64,000 nucleotides of DNA from Desulfatiglandales bacterium (GCA_963667015.2 CAXXJJ010000001.1:160001-224000); one strand, 5' to 3'. Shown: positions 37,142-49,962, counted from the first letter of the stretch. The notes: generated by a model from the letters alone, not told the origin. Made by a program: numbers and translations.

Positions 37142-39382
37142 CTACTTAACCAGAAATGCAACACCCGGTGTCTCGGATTTTTTTGTATTCTTCTCTGAAA
37201 AAACCCTTGCCATAACAGTATGGCTTCCCTTGCTCATGGGCCACAGATAGTCGCCCGAGTCAGTAACAGCCTCCATTTCATTATCCACATACCACTCCAC
37301 CTTTGAATTGCCAGGGACACCCGACAGGCTGAACAAAAACGACTCATGGTCATCAGGGATACGCGGGTCCATTGCCAGCCTTAGTCCCGGGGAGGGCTGA
37401 ATCATCTCTAACTTTTTAACCGGGGTTGACTGTTTTTCTGCAGCCATGCCCGGACCGGTTCCGGGTACAAACCATTCACTGTACGCAGGGCACTCTTCAT
37501 CTGCAGGTAGGCCAGTGCCCCTGCATACATCCATCTGAACAAGTTTAGGGCTCAGGTAAAGGGGCCTTGTTTCACGATTGCGGTTGAGCTCTGCAAATAT
37601 GGACCTGAGAACTATTCCCGGGCCCTTTGCCCCGGTTATCCTGTCCATCGCAGTTCTGTCGAGATTCCCCATCCACACCCCCACTGTATAGTCATTGTTG
37701 TACCCAACTGCCCAGGCATCCCTGTAGTCATTTGATGTACCTGTCTTAACTGCAGTCTGTATTGGAAAATCAAGCACACCTCCGGCGCCAAATTCAAGCA
37801 GTCTGGCGCTTTTATCGGAGAGTATATTGCCTATCAGTGACGTAACCCCGGGAGAGAACACCCTTTCCTGATATCCGGCCGGTCCCGGATCTTCACTCAT
37901 AAGAACCCTGAGGGGCTGATAAACTCCCCTGCCTGCAAGCGCTGCATATGCCTGCACAAGCTCAAACAGGGTAATCTCACCGTTTCCAAGGACAAGGCCG
38001 TCACCATAAAATTCCGGGAACTGATGAAGACTCTGCATTCCCATACCCTGCAGGCAGGAAAGAAAATTCTCGACTCCGATGTGCTGAAGGGTTTTTACTG
38101 CCGGTACATTCAGTGAATTTCCAAGACATTGTCTTAGGGGAAGTTTTCCGTAATGGATCCTGCTGTAGTTATTGTATGAATGCAGTCCTGTGCCCACAGG
38201 TTCTGCAAGGGGAGAGTCATCTATAACAGATGCTGCCGTCCATCCTTTTTCGAGAGCAAGGGCATATACAAAGGGTTTAAGTGTGGAGCCCGGCTGGCGC
38301 GGAGTTGTGACCGCATCGATCCAGCTTCCCGGTACATCTTCTGCCCTTGTTCCGCTTACTGCCCATGCAAGCACCTCTCTTGTTTTATTGTCAACTATCA
38401 GGACCGCGCCATTCTTAACGCCTTTTCCGGAGAGCGCCTTTACCCGGCTGTCCAGGATGCTCTTTGCCATTATCTGCATGGACGAATCCAGGGTTGTTAT
38501 GATCTGCCCGCCGGACTGAGCTAAAGAAGCGCCGCTGCTGCCGAAGATAAAATCCACAAAATGACCGGCATCTACATCAATATCCTGAGCCTGCACTCGT
38601 ATATTTTCCTTAAGGATATCTTCGGATGCCTTTGTGTCTATCAAGCCGTCTTTAACGGCCAGATCAGCAAGCCTGGCTACACGCCCGGCTACCCTGTCAG
38701 TACCTTTCCGGATATCAAATCTTGACGGCGCCCTTACCATAACAGCAAGCGCAAGGATTTCTTTTCTGCTCAGGGTATCAAGGTCACGGTCAAAGAAGAG
38801 ACGCGCTGCCTGGACAACGCCTCTCCTGTTTGATGCATAGGGAACTTCGTTGAGATAAAATTCCAGTATTTCTGCCTTTGAAAAAAATCTTTCAAGATTT
38901 CGGGCCTCAAAACCCTCGATCCATCGTGTCCAGACACCTCTTTTCCGGGGATGAAGCATCTTGACAACCTGTTCTGAAATAGTACTTGCCCCTCTCACAC
39001 CCCCCATTGCCCGAAGGTTCTGCCACGCGGCATTAAACCGGGCAATCCAGTCCACACCCGAATGACTGAAAAATCTCTTGTCCTCAGATATTATAAAGAC
39101 CTGCTGCAGAAATTCGGGTATCTCATAAAGAGGGATATAGTCATGGGTATTCCACTGGTTCCGGTATGTAATATTAAGGGGAGAATAGTTACGATCAAGG
39201 ATACGAACCCTGCTTATATCGGTCGTTGCCGGGACAAGGCTGCGCGGTATTGGTTTAATGTCTGCAAGGGTTTTCCAGACTGTGACGAATGCCACAAGTG
39301 AGATTATGACAGCAGCAGTTTTTATTATCCTGTTATTAAAAAATACCCGGATATATCTGATGATGTGTTTCATATTATTCAA
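37142..39382 (-). CDS. pbpC: Penicillin-binding protein 1C
   Basis: Transglycosylase EDKRF and GASTISEQ; transpeptidase STLK, SLN, KTG; directly downstream of alpha-2-macroglobulin. Confidence 0.88.
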   Translation of the reverse strand: MNNMKHIIRYIRVFFNNRIIKTAAVIISLVAFVTVWKTLADIKPIPRSLVPATTDISRVRILDRNYSPLNITYRNQWNTHDYIPLYEIPEFLQQVFIISEDKRFFSHSGVDWIARFNAAWQNLRAMGGVRGASTISEQVVKMLHPRKRGVWTRWIEGFEARNLERFFSKAEILEFYLNEVPYASNRRGVVQAARLFFDRDLDTLSRKEILALAVMVRAPSRFDIRKGTDRVAGRVARLADLAVKDGLIDTKASEDILKENIRVQAQDIDVDAGHFVDFIFGSSGASLAQSGGQIITTLDSSMQIMAKSILDSRVKALSGKGVKNGAVLIVDNKTREVLAWAVSGTRAEDVPGSWIDAVTTPRQPGSTLKPFVYALALEKGWTAASVIDDSPLAEPVGTGLHSYNNYSRIHYGKLPLRQCLGNSLNVPAVKTLQHIGVENFLSCLQGMGMQSLHQFPEFYGDGLVLGNGEITLFELVQAYAALAGRGVYQPLRVLMSEDPGPAGYQERVFSPGVTSLIGNILSDKSARLLEFGAGGVLDFPIQTAVKTGTSNDYRDAWAVGYNNDYTVGVWMGNLDRTAMDRITGAKGPGIVLRSIFAELNRNRETRPLYLSPKLVQMDVCRGTGLPADEECPAYSEWFVPGTGPGMAAEKQSTPVKKLEMIQPSPGLRLAMDPRIPDDHESFLFSLSGVPGNSKVEWYVDNEMEAVTDSGDYLWPMSKGSHTVMARVFSEKNTKKSETPGVAFLVK

Positions 39383-42300
39383 CCTTTTCTACTTCCAGCA
39401 TACCCGGAGCACTTTTTCCGAATACATCCGGATCATACATCTCTTCCGAATGTGTCGGCATGACAGTAAACTCACCGGTCGCAATCGCCTGGGCCGTATA
39501 GGACAGGTGATAGTTCCCAGCCGGCAGATATTCCGAATAAAATCTTGCGGCGTGATGGCGCAGCTCTTTATGGTAAAAACTCCATCGGGACATGCCGTAA
39601 TATGACCATTCACCATAGTGAAAAAACCAGGAGTCTTCTGCATAGTCTGATTTTGCCTTATCCGCATCCACTGCTGAAGCGGTAGCAAGATCCCTGTTTA
39701 CAGGTTCAAGCCCTCCCGGGACAGGATCATCCACAACCAGAAAGTTCCTGGCACCGGGGATGGAAACATACAGGTCAACTCTGACAAGTTCTCCTCTCCT
39801 GATCTTCATGGGGCTTTTTAAAAGAACCCATTTACCGTCCCGCTCCACGCTGTATTCCCTTCTTATATCTATCCCTGCGTTTATGCTGTCCTTTCTCAAT
39901 TCCTCCGGGGCATAGGACATGCCCACCGTGTAATAGTATCTGCCCTTTCCTTGCTTTTTTATTGCTGCTGTTGTGTGAGTTCCCGGATCATCATCTTCAA
40001 CAGGCCTTGCCAGGGCAGCAGGAGTATCTGTCATATTTTTAAATTCCGCCTTTCCGAGCGGAACTTCACCAATGGATGCGGTAATAACCATATCAGGGCT
40101 CACAGATTCATATATTCGGCTGTATTCAACCAGCGCATTCATGCAGAAGACATTTTCCTGAGTGTTCTCCCAGCGGCCGCTCTGCTTACGGGTTTGTGTG
40201 ATATACCTGACCATCCTGAATGGAATATCCTTTGTAAGCAGTTTTCCATCATCTGTACTGCCATAGCTGAGGATGGCGCTCAGCACTGCCGCGTTTGTTC
40301 TTAAGGGTGATGTGAGAATTCTCGAGTAACCGTCATCAAAGGTGTCATTTATGATAAACTTACCTCCGGTCTGGTCGGCCTGTGATATGATCATTTTAAA
40401 TACATCCTTTGCCATTTCACCTGCGCCCTTTACCTTTGATGCGGCCATAAGAAAATGGGCCTTTCCGAATGTATCCATCTCCTTTACATGTGGATAATAA
40501 CGTCTGAGATCATCCAGTGTTATCCTGTTGTTTTCAGCCAGGGCTGCCAGGGCAACGGCCCTTACCGTAGAGGCCATCCCCCTGGTATAGAAACCGGGTG
40601 ACACATCTTTCCTGAGCATAACAGTAAGATATTCATGGAGCCTTTCTTCGACCGTGGATGGAACAGCGTACCCATGTTCCTTCAGCCAGTTGAAGGCAAT
40701 GGCCGTGTAGGCGCTCAGAAAGGGGGATACAAAGCGGTCATCAGGGACATAATAACACATACCGCCGTTTGGGGCCTGGTAATTTGATGCCAGACCGGGT
40801 AATGTGCCCGGAAGTTCAGAGGCATCCTCCCAGGTAAAATCTTCCGGCATATATTTTTTAAGGTTTGTAAAATGTGACGCCATAACAGCCCTTGTAATCT
40901 TCTGCTCCCAGCATGGGTATGGGTAATCCCTCAGGTATTTAAATGCACCTTCAAGGTTTCCGATAACCGTGGGAGATAGGTTGACAAATACGCTTCCCAC
41001 ATCCGTTCTTATATTGTCCGGATACTTTAATGATTCTGTAACTGATTCCGCGTCTGTAGATCCGTAGGTGGCCGCGGTCTCAAGACTTGCCATCTTATGT
41101 ACCTCAAGCTCATATACGGTCCCGTCCCGGTCAATGGAGTCCCCCCCTCTTGCAGTGAACTCTATTTTACCATCTCCCCTGCTCTGAACAGGAAGCCACA
41201 GGGTAACACGTTTATAGGGCTTTACATTTACCTTTTGGGTTGTCTCTATCCGGCCGCTTTTGTCATCAGTTTCAATTGCCCCTTCAGCCGTAATGGTAAA
41301 TTCAATATTCCGCTCTTTGTCTGTCCTGTTCATAACACTGAAGCCCGCCTCAAACCTGTCTCCCCCGGTAACCTGGTTGGGCATGACAGGCCTTATCTCG
41401 GTGGGCCTGTTTATATTAAAACGGCCCTGCCCAAGTCCCATCCTGTCCCCCGGTGTCACGGCCATGGCAAGCACACGCCACCCGGTCAGGTTGTCGGGTA
41501 ATTCAAATTCAAAATCTGCCTCCCCATTTGAATCAGCCCTTAAAGCCGGATTCCAGTAACTTAGGAATTTGAATATTGTCCTTAAACTTATGTCTCCCCC
41601 TCCGTCACCTGCAGGATCTGCACCCTTTTTTTCAAACTTCTGCCTTCCTACAAGCTGCATGAGCAGGCTGTAGTTAAGCATGTCAAGGGTGTCTGCCTGA
41701 TAAAAACCCCTGTAGGGATTAAAATAGTCTGTACCGGTGCTTAGAAGGTCCAGGACCGCTTCATCAAGAACTGCCACCGCAAATTCAACCGGCTCATCAT
41801 TGGATCGGTCCCTGTATGAAGCCTGTAATTTGATCTTTACCTTTTCTCCCGGCTTATAGGTCTCTTTGTCAGACTTTACCTCGGTTATGATCGTCTTATA
41901 TGGATCAGTTACAATCCCCGGTACATAGCCCATACGAAATGCCGGTTTTCCAAGATCAACACCATTGTCCTGGGGTGGTTTTTCAATGCGCGGGGACATC
42001 ACAACAACCGAGAGATAGTACCCGGGGATAAACTCTTGTTCTATTTTAAACTCTATAACCGGTGTGGCAGTATCAAGGGTCTGCACCCAGTGTTTAATGG
42101 TTCCATATCTTTCGATCGTGACAAGCGCCTTTGCCCCTGGAAAGGGATTTTTGACCATATACCTGGCCGTCTCACCGACTTTAAATTCATTCTTTTCAGC
42201 TATGATATCCAGGGCGTTTTTATTTTCGTCATCCCAGATAACCACTCCCTTGCCTGCAACCCATTTTGAAAGCTCTGTGCTGTGCTCCCGTCCCATGGAA

Positions 42301-45172
42301 TCGCTTATACCGGCGGTTATCCGGTATAAACCGGAATGTTTTGGTGTAAATTTAAATTCAACAGCCTCATTTCCGGATTTTATTTTTTTCGCTTCCTCCT
42401 TTACCCATTGGTTATTAAGCTTTGTCAGGTAGGCGTTGCCTGCTCCCTTAACCCTGGCCGCTTTAGTCTCCTGATGTTCCACTGTAATCCGGATGGTTTC
42501 ATCCATGACAGGTTTACCCTGCTGGTTCACAACAATAACATCGATTTTTGCCGGTTCGTTTTCCCTGAAAATCCATGTATCAGACCTGAGCCCCACAAAT
42601 TTATCCCTGGATGCATAGTTGGCGAAGGCCCTTCCTGCAATGTATTTTCCCCGGTCATCCCGCACAGCGCTTTCCATCTCCAGCCGGCCAAAGTATATAC
42701 CAGTTTCCGGCACAGTGAGGCCTGTTGTGAGATTTCCCCTGTCATCAATATTGTCTTCCTTCTGGAGGAGTGTCTGACTGTCACTGCTTTCAGGAGAATA
42801 ACTGTTAAAGAAAAATCCTTTAGCCGCAGGATCGTTTGAAGAGAAATTTGTACTTCTCAGGTTGACTGTAATCCTTGTGGATGCATCGGTATATGGGCCT
42901 CCGCCATGGAGTCTCGCCTGTGTGGCAATCTCAATCTGATCCCCGGGCAGAAAATCCTTTCCGTTTATGTCGGTGGTAACCTTAAAGGGTGAGGGTGTAA
43001 AATCACTCACAAGAACCCTCATCGGATGCCACTCGCTATCCGTATATGATGCATAAAGGTTAAAACTGTACCATCCGACTGCACCGGTTTGTGGAACAGT
43101 GAATTCACCTTGCATGGCCCCGAACTCGGAGAGTTTAATATCCTTTACCTCATGAACTGTCTTGTTCATGGGATCAGTTACTTTAAGGGTATACTTATCC
43201 CTGGGGGCCGGGACAATTTTTTCGTTATCCTGATTCCTCACATATATCTTGTACTGGACAGTGTCCCCTGCCTTATACACTCCCTGTGCAGTTGTGCCCC
43301 ATGATCTTATAAAGCCGTATTCCTTTCTCTTGTATGAATATACTGTTTCATGGGATGCAGAGTATGTATTCATTATAAAATCGTCGTCCATGGGTAAAAG
43401 CGCCATATCACCGGCCTTTTCAACCTTTGTAAAAAGCATGGGCTCATTTTTGCGATACACATACAGATACTCGTTGTTCGGGTCCAGTTTGTCCGAACCG
43501 GCAAGAATGACTAGGCCATCCGAATCGGTTATTCCCTGTACCAAGGGCCTGGGAGATTCCGAGAGGACGCTGTATGTATCGACGAAAATACTTACCTTTG
43601 CATCTTTCACAGATTCGCCTGTTGTGAGGTCAGTAACCCATACCAGGGTATTGAAATGACCAAGCTTTACATGCACCTGGAATGGCGTCACCTCCCCGAA
43701 GAAAAACTTTCCATCCCCATATTTTCTTACAAAGGGCAGTGAATCCACAGAGCCTTTTACAACCCCTGATTCTCCCTCCAGCATCTTCCTTATACCCATG
43801 GGAATTCTTAATGCCGCGTCCCTTGTTGGCGGCAATGGCAGATCACGCCCCTGCATTGATATTTTTCCATTTGAGGTAAGTCTATCGTAGAACAGGTTCA
43901 TTCTATCTATGTTGGTAACAACTACAGGCATATCCGTATCAACATTTTTTTCAAGTATGGAAACAGGATTGGTAAGATCAAAATCCGGCGGCATGTGATC
44001 TGTTGCAAAGCTTATATTCATTGGTTCTTTCAGTTTACGGCCAAACTCATCGGAGAGCGCCCTTCGACCTGTGACGGTATACGTTTGAGCAGGACCTAAA
44101 GTCCTTGGCAGATAGACATAATATTTCGTGCTCCTGCGGTGTGGTGAGTTAAGCCTGGAATAATCATTTATGTTGTCCCATGAGACAGATGGCTCAAACC
44201 TGATGTTCTCCTTGATTTCGGAATTAAGGACAGGGGAGGTAAAAGCCAGCATAACAGACTGGGTTGGATTACATAGCCCTCTGTTTTCAGAGAGGTCACC
44301 CGGATTAATATGAATCCTTTTACGCTGGTTATCAAAACACTCTATACCCTCAAAATTGAACTCCGGAAAGGTATAAAAACTTACCAGTTCACGCCTCTCT
44401 GCACCATTTTCCGGGCCAAGTGACGATTCCAGACCGGGTTCCACCATTAGGGATGCGGTCGCATCATCCGGCAGCTCCTTTTCCGGATATACCAGCCATA
44501 CCCTCCTTGCTTCCCTGCCGGCTTTATCCTTCTGTTTGACATCAGCTTCATCCTGCGAAAACAGGCCTCCAATGGATTTAAACAGCTTTTCAAAAAAGGA
44601 TTCATCTTCGGCAGGTTCAGTTTTCTGCTTTTCGGAAATATTGACAAGAGCCATGTTTTCTCCGGGAAGGGGCAGAAACATGGGCGTTTCCCTGTCTTCG
44701 TCATCGGGCTCCGCATTGAGTTTTACTCTTCTTTGCCCCTGCCATGGAATGTCAATAAACAGATGATTTTCAACTGAAGCCCTGGATACGGGCTGGTTAA
44801 ATGTAACCCTTATGACCGGCAGGGATGGAGAGCGCCATGTTCTGAACCATGAATGAACAACCCCTGGCCTTTCGGTTATAAAATGATGTGTTACGGGTTT
44901 TTCCATGGTCGTTCCATCTTCTGTCATAATCCCGGGATTCACCTGCACTTTATACCCTGTTGCGGGTTTGAGGGATGAGCCTTCATCAAGAATCCACGCC
45001 AGGGTGGAGGTATTAAGCCAGCGCCACTGGCCCTTAATCTCGGGATCAATCGTGATGGGAATCTCGGAGGCCTTCCTGTCCATGGCACCCACTGGGACGA
45101 CCGGTCGGTTGAACTGGAATACTATTTTATTACCTGCCCGCACATCTTCACCTGCCGGCGTGATGTTTAATA

Positions 45173-46289
45173 TTAACCCGGCAACAAAATACTTAACAAA
45201 TGGATCGTATTTTGTTATAACACGATCATGGAAAAAATAGACGCAAGGAAACTCAGCACTGATGCCCAACAACAAATTCGTAATCAAGTCATTCGACTCC
45301 GAAAACAGGGACGAACGCATAATGAGATCAGTGCCATTACAGGAGTGAGCCGATCCATTTGCAGTACATGGTGGGCTCTTTATCAAAAAGAAGGTAATAA
45401 AGCCCTTAAAATTAAAAAGCGTGGCCGTCCAAAGGGCAGTTGCCGCACGTTGACACCTGATCAGGAAAAAGAATTGCAAAAAGCTATACAAGACAAATGC
45501 CCTGACCAAATGAAATTACCATTTGCTTTGTGGACACGCATTGCCGTACAGCAACTCATCAAACAATTGTGGAATATAGATATGCCGATCAGAACTGTTG
45601 GCGAGTATCTGAACAGATGGAATTTTACTCCACAAAAACCACTGAAGAAAGCCTATAAACAAAATCCAAAAGCAGTCAAAGCTTGGTTGGAGACAGAATA
45701 CTCGGATATTTCCAAACGTGCAAAAAAAGAGACCGCGGAAATTCATTGGGGGGATGAGACTGGATTGTGTAACGACAGTTACCATGGAAGAAGTTACGCT
45801 CCTCGTGGTGAAACACCGGCGATTAGGCTTCATCCCAGGTGCCAGCGCGTCAACCTGATTTCCTCTGTCACCAATCAAGGTAAAGTTCGTTTTATGGTTT
45901 ATAAAAACAAGATGAATTCCCAAACGATGATCAAATTCATGGAACGATTGATCAAAGATGCTGATAAAAAAATCTTTTTGATTGTAGATAATTTGAAAGT
46001 CCATCATAGCTATATTGTCAAAGACTGGCTGAAAGAACATGAAGACAAAATTGAGTTGTTCTTTCTTCCATCATATTCACCGGAATTAAATCCTGATGAA
46101 TACCTAAACTGCGACCTAAAGGTCGGTGTACATTCTGGTATTCCAGCCAGAACAAAAAAAGAACTCAAGCAAAAAGCTATTTCTCATTTGAGAAAGCTTC
46201 AAAAACTACCTGGACGTGTTAAAAAATATTTTAAACACCCTAAGATTGCTTATGCTGCTTGATAGTCTCCTATTTAATTGCCGGGTTAA
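45173..46289 (+). mobile_element. IS630-family insertion sequence
   Basis: TIRs TTAACCCGGCAA / TTGCCGGGTTAA flanked by duplicated TA (45171-72 and 46290-91). Confidence 0.92.
45228..46262 (+). CDS. IS630 family transposase
   Basis: N-terminal HTH, WGDETG, IVDNLKVH and FLPSYSPELNPDE DDE motifs. Confidence 0.93.
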   Translation: MEKIDARKLSTDAQQQIRNQVIRLRKQGRTHNEISAITGVSRSICSTWWALYQKEGNKALKIKKRGRPKGSCRTLTPDQEKELQKAIQDKCPDQMKLPFALWTRIAVQQLIKQLWNIDMPIRTVGEYLNRWNFTPQKPLKKAYKQNPKAVKAWLETEYSDISKRAKKETAEIHWGDETGLCNDSYHGRSYAPRGETPAIRLHPRCQRVNLISSVTNQGKVRFMVYKNKMNSQTMIKFMERLIKDADKKIFLIVDNLKVHHSYIVKDWLKEHEDKIELFFLPSYSPELNPDEYLNCDLKVGVHSGIPARTKKELKQKAISHLRKLQKLPGRVKKYFKHPKIAYAA

Positions 46290-46688
46290 TATCTCAAGAG
46301 AAAGACCGGAACCCGTTGACCCGGATGTCAGGGTGCCCCCCAGCAGAAATGCAACAATCGCACAGACAATAGTGAAAAGAGTTACTCTAATATCTTTGGC
46401 CATATCTCCTCCTGAGATCTATAAAAAAAGTGACCGAAAACCGTCTCCGTTTTTATTAATGTTTATCAAATCAAACAGTTGGGTTAATCTTAAATGCCTG
46501 CGGTGAAGTGAGTATGAACATAAAATGAAATATGTGTGAAAAATTTTAAAACAGTTATATTCAAAAGGTTTTCTTAAATCATATGGGTTTCAGGGATCAC
46601 CCGGTAATTATACCAGCAGATTTTGTTACCGGGGCGAAATAATTTTGTCCCGGTATTGTCGGAAAAATTAATATTGCCGTCAATATAC

Positions 46689-48227
46689 TTACAGCATCTT
46701 ATTAAGATCAACATGACCTGCCCCGCTCCAGACCTCCCGTTCCTCTTCATAGACGGCTTTTTCAACATGAGAGTCTCCTGATATTATCATGGTCTTTCTT
46801 TCGATTCCATATTCCGGCCATTCACCCATGCTTTCACATGATGGGTTACCTGTATGTGCAAATGCTGTCCAGGCATCCTGCATCTGTTGGGAGATCTTTT
46901 CAACAACAGGGCCTTTCCCACAGAGTGCTTCATCCATTGACCCGAATAAAAAGCCGAGCTCCAGTGCATGGGCTGCTCCCAGTGCGCCGCCCATAGCCGG
47001 GGATTTCCAGGTAAACAGGTAATTATATGCAGGTACACCTTGGTCACGCCGGGCTTCAATAATGTGCAGTACTATATTCCGGAACATAATGTCGGTGTTT
47101 ATGGCCGAATAGAGTTCAAAGGGTGTTACTATCTCCCCTCTTCCCTGCTTCGCATTTTTATAGACATCAATAATCATTTCAATATTTTCTTCAGGAACAT
47201 TCCTTGCCAGGAGTTTCTTAAGCATGGGCTCATCCATTGTTTTATGCATCGGGTTCATCAGGGAGAACAGCTTTTGCTCGTCAAGATTTGAACCAATCAG
47301 GGTAGGAACTTTTGCGGCCATTCCCTTTGAAAATGCCTCAAGGGGCATTAAAGGCATGATTACTCCATCAGCCACAGGGATGCATGGTGCTTCGCCCTGA
47401 TCCGTTTCAATCGCTACCTCCGGTTGTATTTTCAATATTTTTTCAGGAGGAAGGTTTAGCAGGCCGGGGGTATCATCAGCAGATATACCGGCAATCCTGA
47501 GAAATGTTTCTGCTGTATATATGGAGTTTTCAAGGGGACGTGCTATTGCACCCACTGCACTTTCAATTATGGCCTTGTGAAAAAGGCCCCGGGCTGCCGG
47601 TAGTGCCATAAGACAGGAAACACTCATGCCCCCGGCTGATTCACCAAATATGGTTACATTATCAGGATCACCACCAAAACCTTCAATATTATCCCTTACC
47701 CATTCAAGGGCTGCCACCTGGTCGAGCAGTCCTTCATTGCCTGTAGAAGGAATCTTCCCTCCGGTAATCTTATCAAGGTTTAAAAATCCGAGGGCGCCAA
47801 GACGGTAATTTAATGTAACCAGAACAACATTACCCCTTTCGGCAATCCTTCCCGATCGAAACATATGCTCTGAGCCGGACCCCATTGAAAAGGCCCCGCC
47901 ATGAATCCAGACCATTACCGGCCTTTTTTCATTATCAAGGCCCGGTGTATATACATTCAAATAAAGACAGTCCTCGCTCTGTGGTTCCGGTTCTCCACGT
48001 AAAAAAGGCGCCCCCATGGGCATCAGGATCTGGGGTGCAATATTCCCATACCTTAAGGCAGGGCGGATGTTCTCCCACGCAGGGGCAGGTTGAGGAGGCA
48101 TCCACCGAAGCTTTCCGACAGGAGGTTCAGCAAATGGAATCCCTTTAAAAAGATAAAGGTTATTTTCCCTTGAACCCTGAAGTTTTCCCTGTTTTGTGTT
48201 GACTATGTTTTTCTCTATGTCGGACAT
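46689..48227 (-). CDS. Type B carboxylesterase (p-nitrobenzyl esterase-like)
   Basis: GIPFAEPP, SEDCLYLN, WIHGG, FGESAGG. Confidence 0.9.
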   Translation of the reverse strand: MSDIEKNIVNTKQGKLQGSRENNLYLFKGIPFAEPPVGKLRWMPPQPAPAWENIRPALRYGNIAPQILMPMGAPFLRGEPEPQSEDCLYLNVYTPGLDNEKRPVMVWIHGGAFSMGSGSEHMFRSGRIAERGNVVLVTLNYRLGALGFLNLDKITGGKIPSTGNEGLLDQVAALEWVRDNIEGFGGDPDNVTIFGESAGGMSVSCLMALPAARGLFHKAIIESAVGAIARPLENSIYTAETFLRIAGISADDTPGLLNLPPEKILKIQPEVAIETDQGEAPCIPVADGVIMPLMPLEAFSKGMAAKVPTLIGSNLDEQKLFSLMNPMHKTMDEPMLKKLLARNVPEENIEMIIDVYKNAKQGRGEIVTPFELYSAINTDIMFRNIVLHIIEARRDQGVPAYNYLFTWKSPAMGGALGAAHALELGFLFGSMDEALCGKGPVVEKISQQMQDAWTAFAHTGNPSCESMGEWPEYGIERKTMIISGDSHVEKAVYEEEREVWSGAGHVDLNKML

Positions 48228-48300
48228 GATATCCTCCTGTATGAAGATATGGGTTGTTTGTCATATCTGATTATATTTTGTTTTCTGTTTTATCACAAAC

Positions 48301-48372
48301 GTAGGGGCACGGCGTGTCGTGCCCTTGCTGGTACAATACCATTTTCATGGGCACGGCGCACCGTGCCCCTAC
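48301..48372. repeat. GTAG-type REP doublet (REPIN-like)
   Basis: GTAGGGGCACGGCGTGTCGTGCCC ... GGGCACGGCGCACCGTGCCCCTAC in inverted orientation. Confidence 0.75.
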
Positions 48373-48408
48373 AATATCACACCAGAATGATATGATAATA
48401 AAGTCCTG

Positions 48409-49962
48409 TTATTTAAAAATAAATTTTACTGCCGCCACTGCACAGTTTTCACCATCAATGGCAGCAGACACTATTCCCCCGGCATGTCCTGCCCCCTCCC
48501 CGCAGGGGAAAAGGCCTTTAACATCCGCGTTCATAAAGGTTTCCCTGTCTCGTGGTATCCTTACAGGTGAACTGGTCCTGGTTTCAAGCCCGATAAGCTG
48601 TGCATCATTTGATGAAAATCCGGGCATTTTTTTATTAAAATGAATCAGGGCCTCACGCAGGCCTTTTACCATGAATCCGGGTAATTGCTCATGCAGCGGC
48701 ACAGACATAATTCCCGGGATATAAGATGAGGCATTTAATGACCCGCTTTGCCTATTCCTGATAAAATCCCCTGCCCTCTGGGCAGGGGCTGTCTGGGATT
48801 TACCTCCCAGCTCAAAGGCCAGTTTCTCCAGTTCCGTGCGCAGCCTTAAACCAGCAAATTCATTTTCATTTTTATATGGAGCCCAGTCCCTTTCATCTAC
48901 AGTAACAACAAACCCGCTGTTAGCAAAAGGAGAATCACGCCTTGAAACAGACATTCCGTTTACAACCTGCTCATCAGGGGCCGTAGCGGCAGGGACTATT
49001 ATTCCGCCAGGGCACATGCAGAATGAAAATGCCCCTCTTTCACCGGTCCGGCAGGTAAGGGAATATGCCGCAGCAGGTAAATGTTTACTGTAGTTTTTCG
49101 AATGATACTGTATTTCATTAATAAACCCCTGGGGATGTTCCAGCCGGACCCCCATGGCAAAGGGTTTTGCTTCGAGTCTGATATTATGCCCTTTAAGCAT
49201 GTAATATATATCGGCAGCCGAATGACCTGTGGCAAGAATGAGGGCATCCCCGGAAAACTCCTGGGAATTGTTTACTATAACTCCTGAGATTTTCCTGTCC
49301 CTTATAATGAGGTCTGTGACACGGCTCTCAAAATGAATTTCTCCGCCATTATCGAGGATGGTTTTTCTTATTGCTGATACGATTCTGGGAAGTTTATTTG
49401 AGCCGATATGAGGGTGTGCGTCAATAAGGATATCAGGGTCGGCCCCATGCTGGACCAGTATACGCAAAATTCTTTTTACGTCTCCCCGCTTGGTGGAGCG
49501 GGTATAAAGCTTGCCGTCACTGTATGCCCCTGCTCCCCCCTCGCCGAAACAGTAATTGGAATCAGGATTTACGATGTGTTTTTTCTGGATGGCACTTATA
49601 TCAAAACGACGGGCAGTAACATCCTTTCCCCGTTCCAGCACAACAGGTTTTATACCAGCCTCAATCAGCTTTAATGCCGCATACATTCCGCCAGGACCAA
49701 AGCCTACGATTATTACGCTTTTATCGCCCTTAACCGGATGATAATCAATCCTGTCTTCAGAAAAAACAGGCTGCTCATTCAAGTATACATCACAGAGGAT
49801 TCTGTAGACCGGGGTCTTCCGGGAATCAATGGATCGCCTGATAGGGATGATGGCACTTATGTCATTGACATCTGCACGCAGTTTCTGGGCGGCAAGTTTT
49901 TTATGAAAGTCCCTGTCTAAAAGCCTGTCAGGGTAAATGGCAAGTTCAATCTGTTTTTTCAT
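48409..49962 (-). CDS. Uncharacterised FAD-dependent oxidoreductase
   Basis: GFGPGG, FGEGGAGAYSDGKL, HPHIGS, FCMCPGG, ETRTSSPV, GEGAGHAGGI. Confidence 0.85.
   Translation of the reverse strand: MKKQIELAIYPDRLLDRDFHKKLAAQKLRADVNDISAIIPIRRSIDSRKTPVYRILCDVYLNEQPVFSEDRIDYHPVKGDKSVIIVGFGPGGMYAALKLIEAGIKPVVLERGKDVTARRFDISAIQKKHIVNPDSNYCFGEGGAGAYSDGKLYTRSTKRGDVKRILRILVQHGADPDILIDAHPHIGSNKLPRIVSAIRKTILDNGGEIHFESRVTDLIIRDRKISGVIVNNSQEFSGDALILATGHSAADIYYMLKGHNIRLEAKPFAMGVRLEHPQGFINEIQYHSKNYSKHLPAAAYSLTCRTGERGAFSFCMCPGGIIVPAATAPDEQVVNGMSVSRRDSPFANSGFVVTVDERDWAPYKNENEFAGLRLRTELEKLAFELGGKSQTAPAQRAGDFIRNRQSGSLNASSYIPGIMSVPLHEQLPGFMVKGLREALIHFNKKMPGFSSNDAQLIGLETRTSSPVRIPRDRETFMNADVKGLFPCGEGAGHAGGIVSAAIDGENCAVAAVKFIFK

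Larger units (their letters stand above)
39375..46403 (-). pseudogene. Bacterial alpha-2-macroglobulin (YfhM-like), interrupted near the 5' end by IS630
   Basis: Thioester motif YPYPCWEQ, PDNLTGWR, EEMYDP; removing the IS rejoins ...GLSLEI|LNITPAGED... in frame (1969 aa). Confidence 0.88.

Noticed and set aside
45171..45509. N-terminal ~113 aa of the 2044-aa ORF
   Set aside because: It lies antisense within IS630; the true N-terminus is at 46403.
45516..46040. 174-aa minus-strand ORF and the many other antisense shadow ORFs in the track
   Set aside because: They overlap well-supported genes and carry no recognisable motifs.
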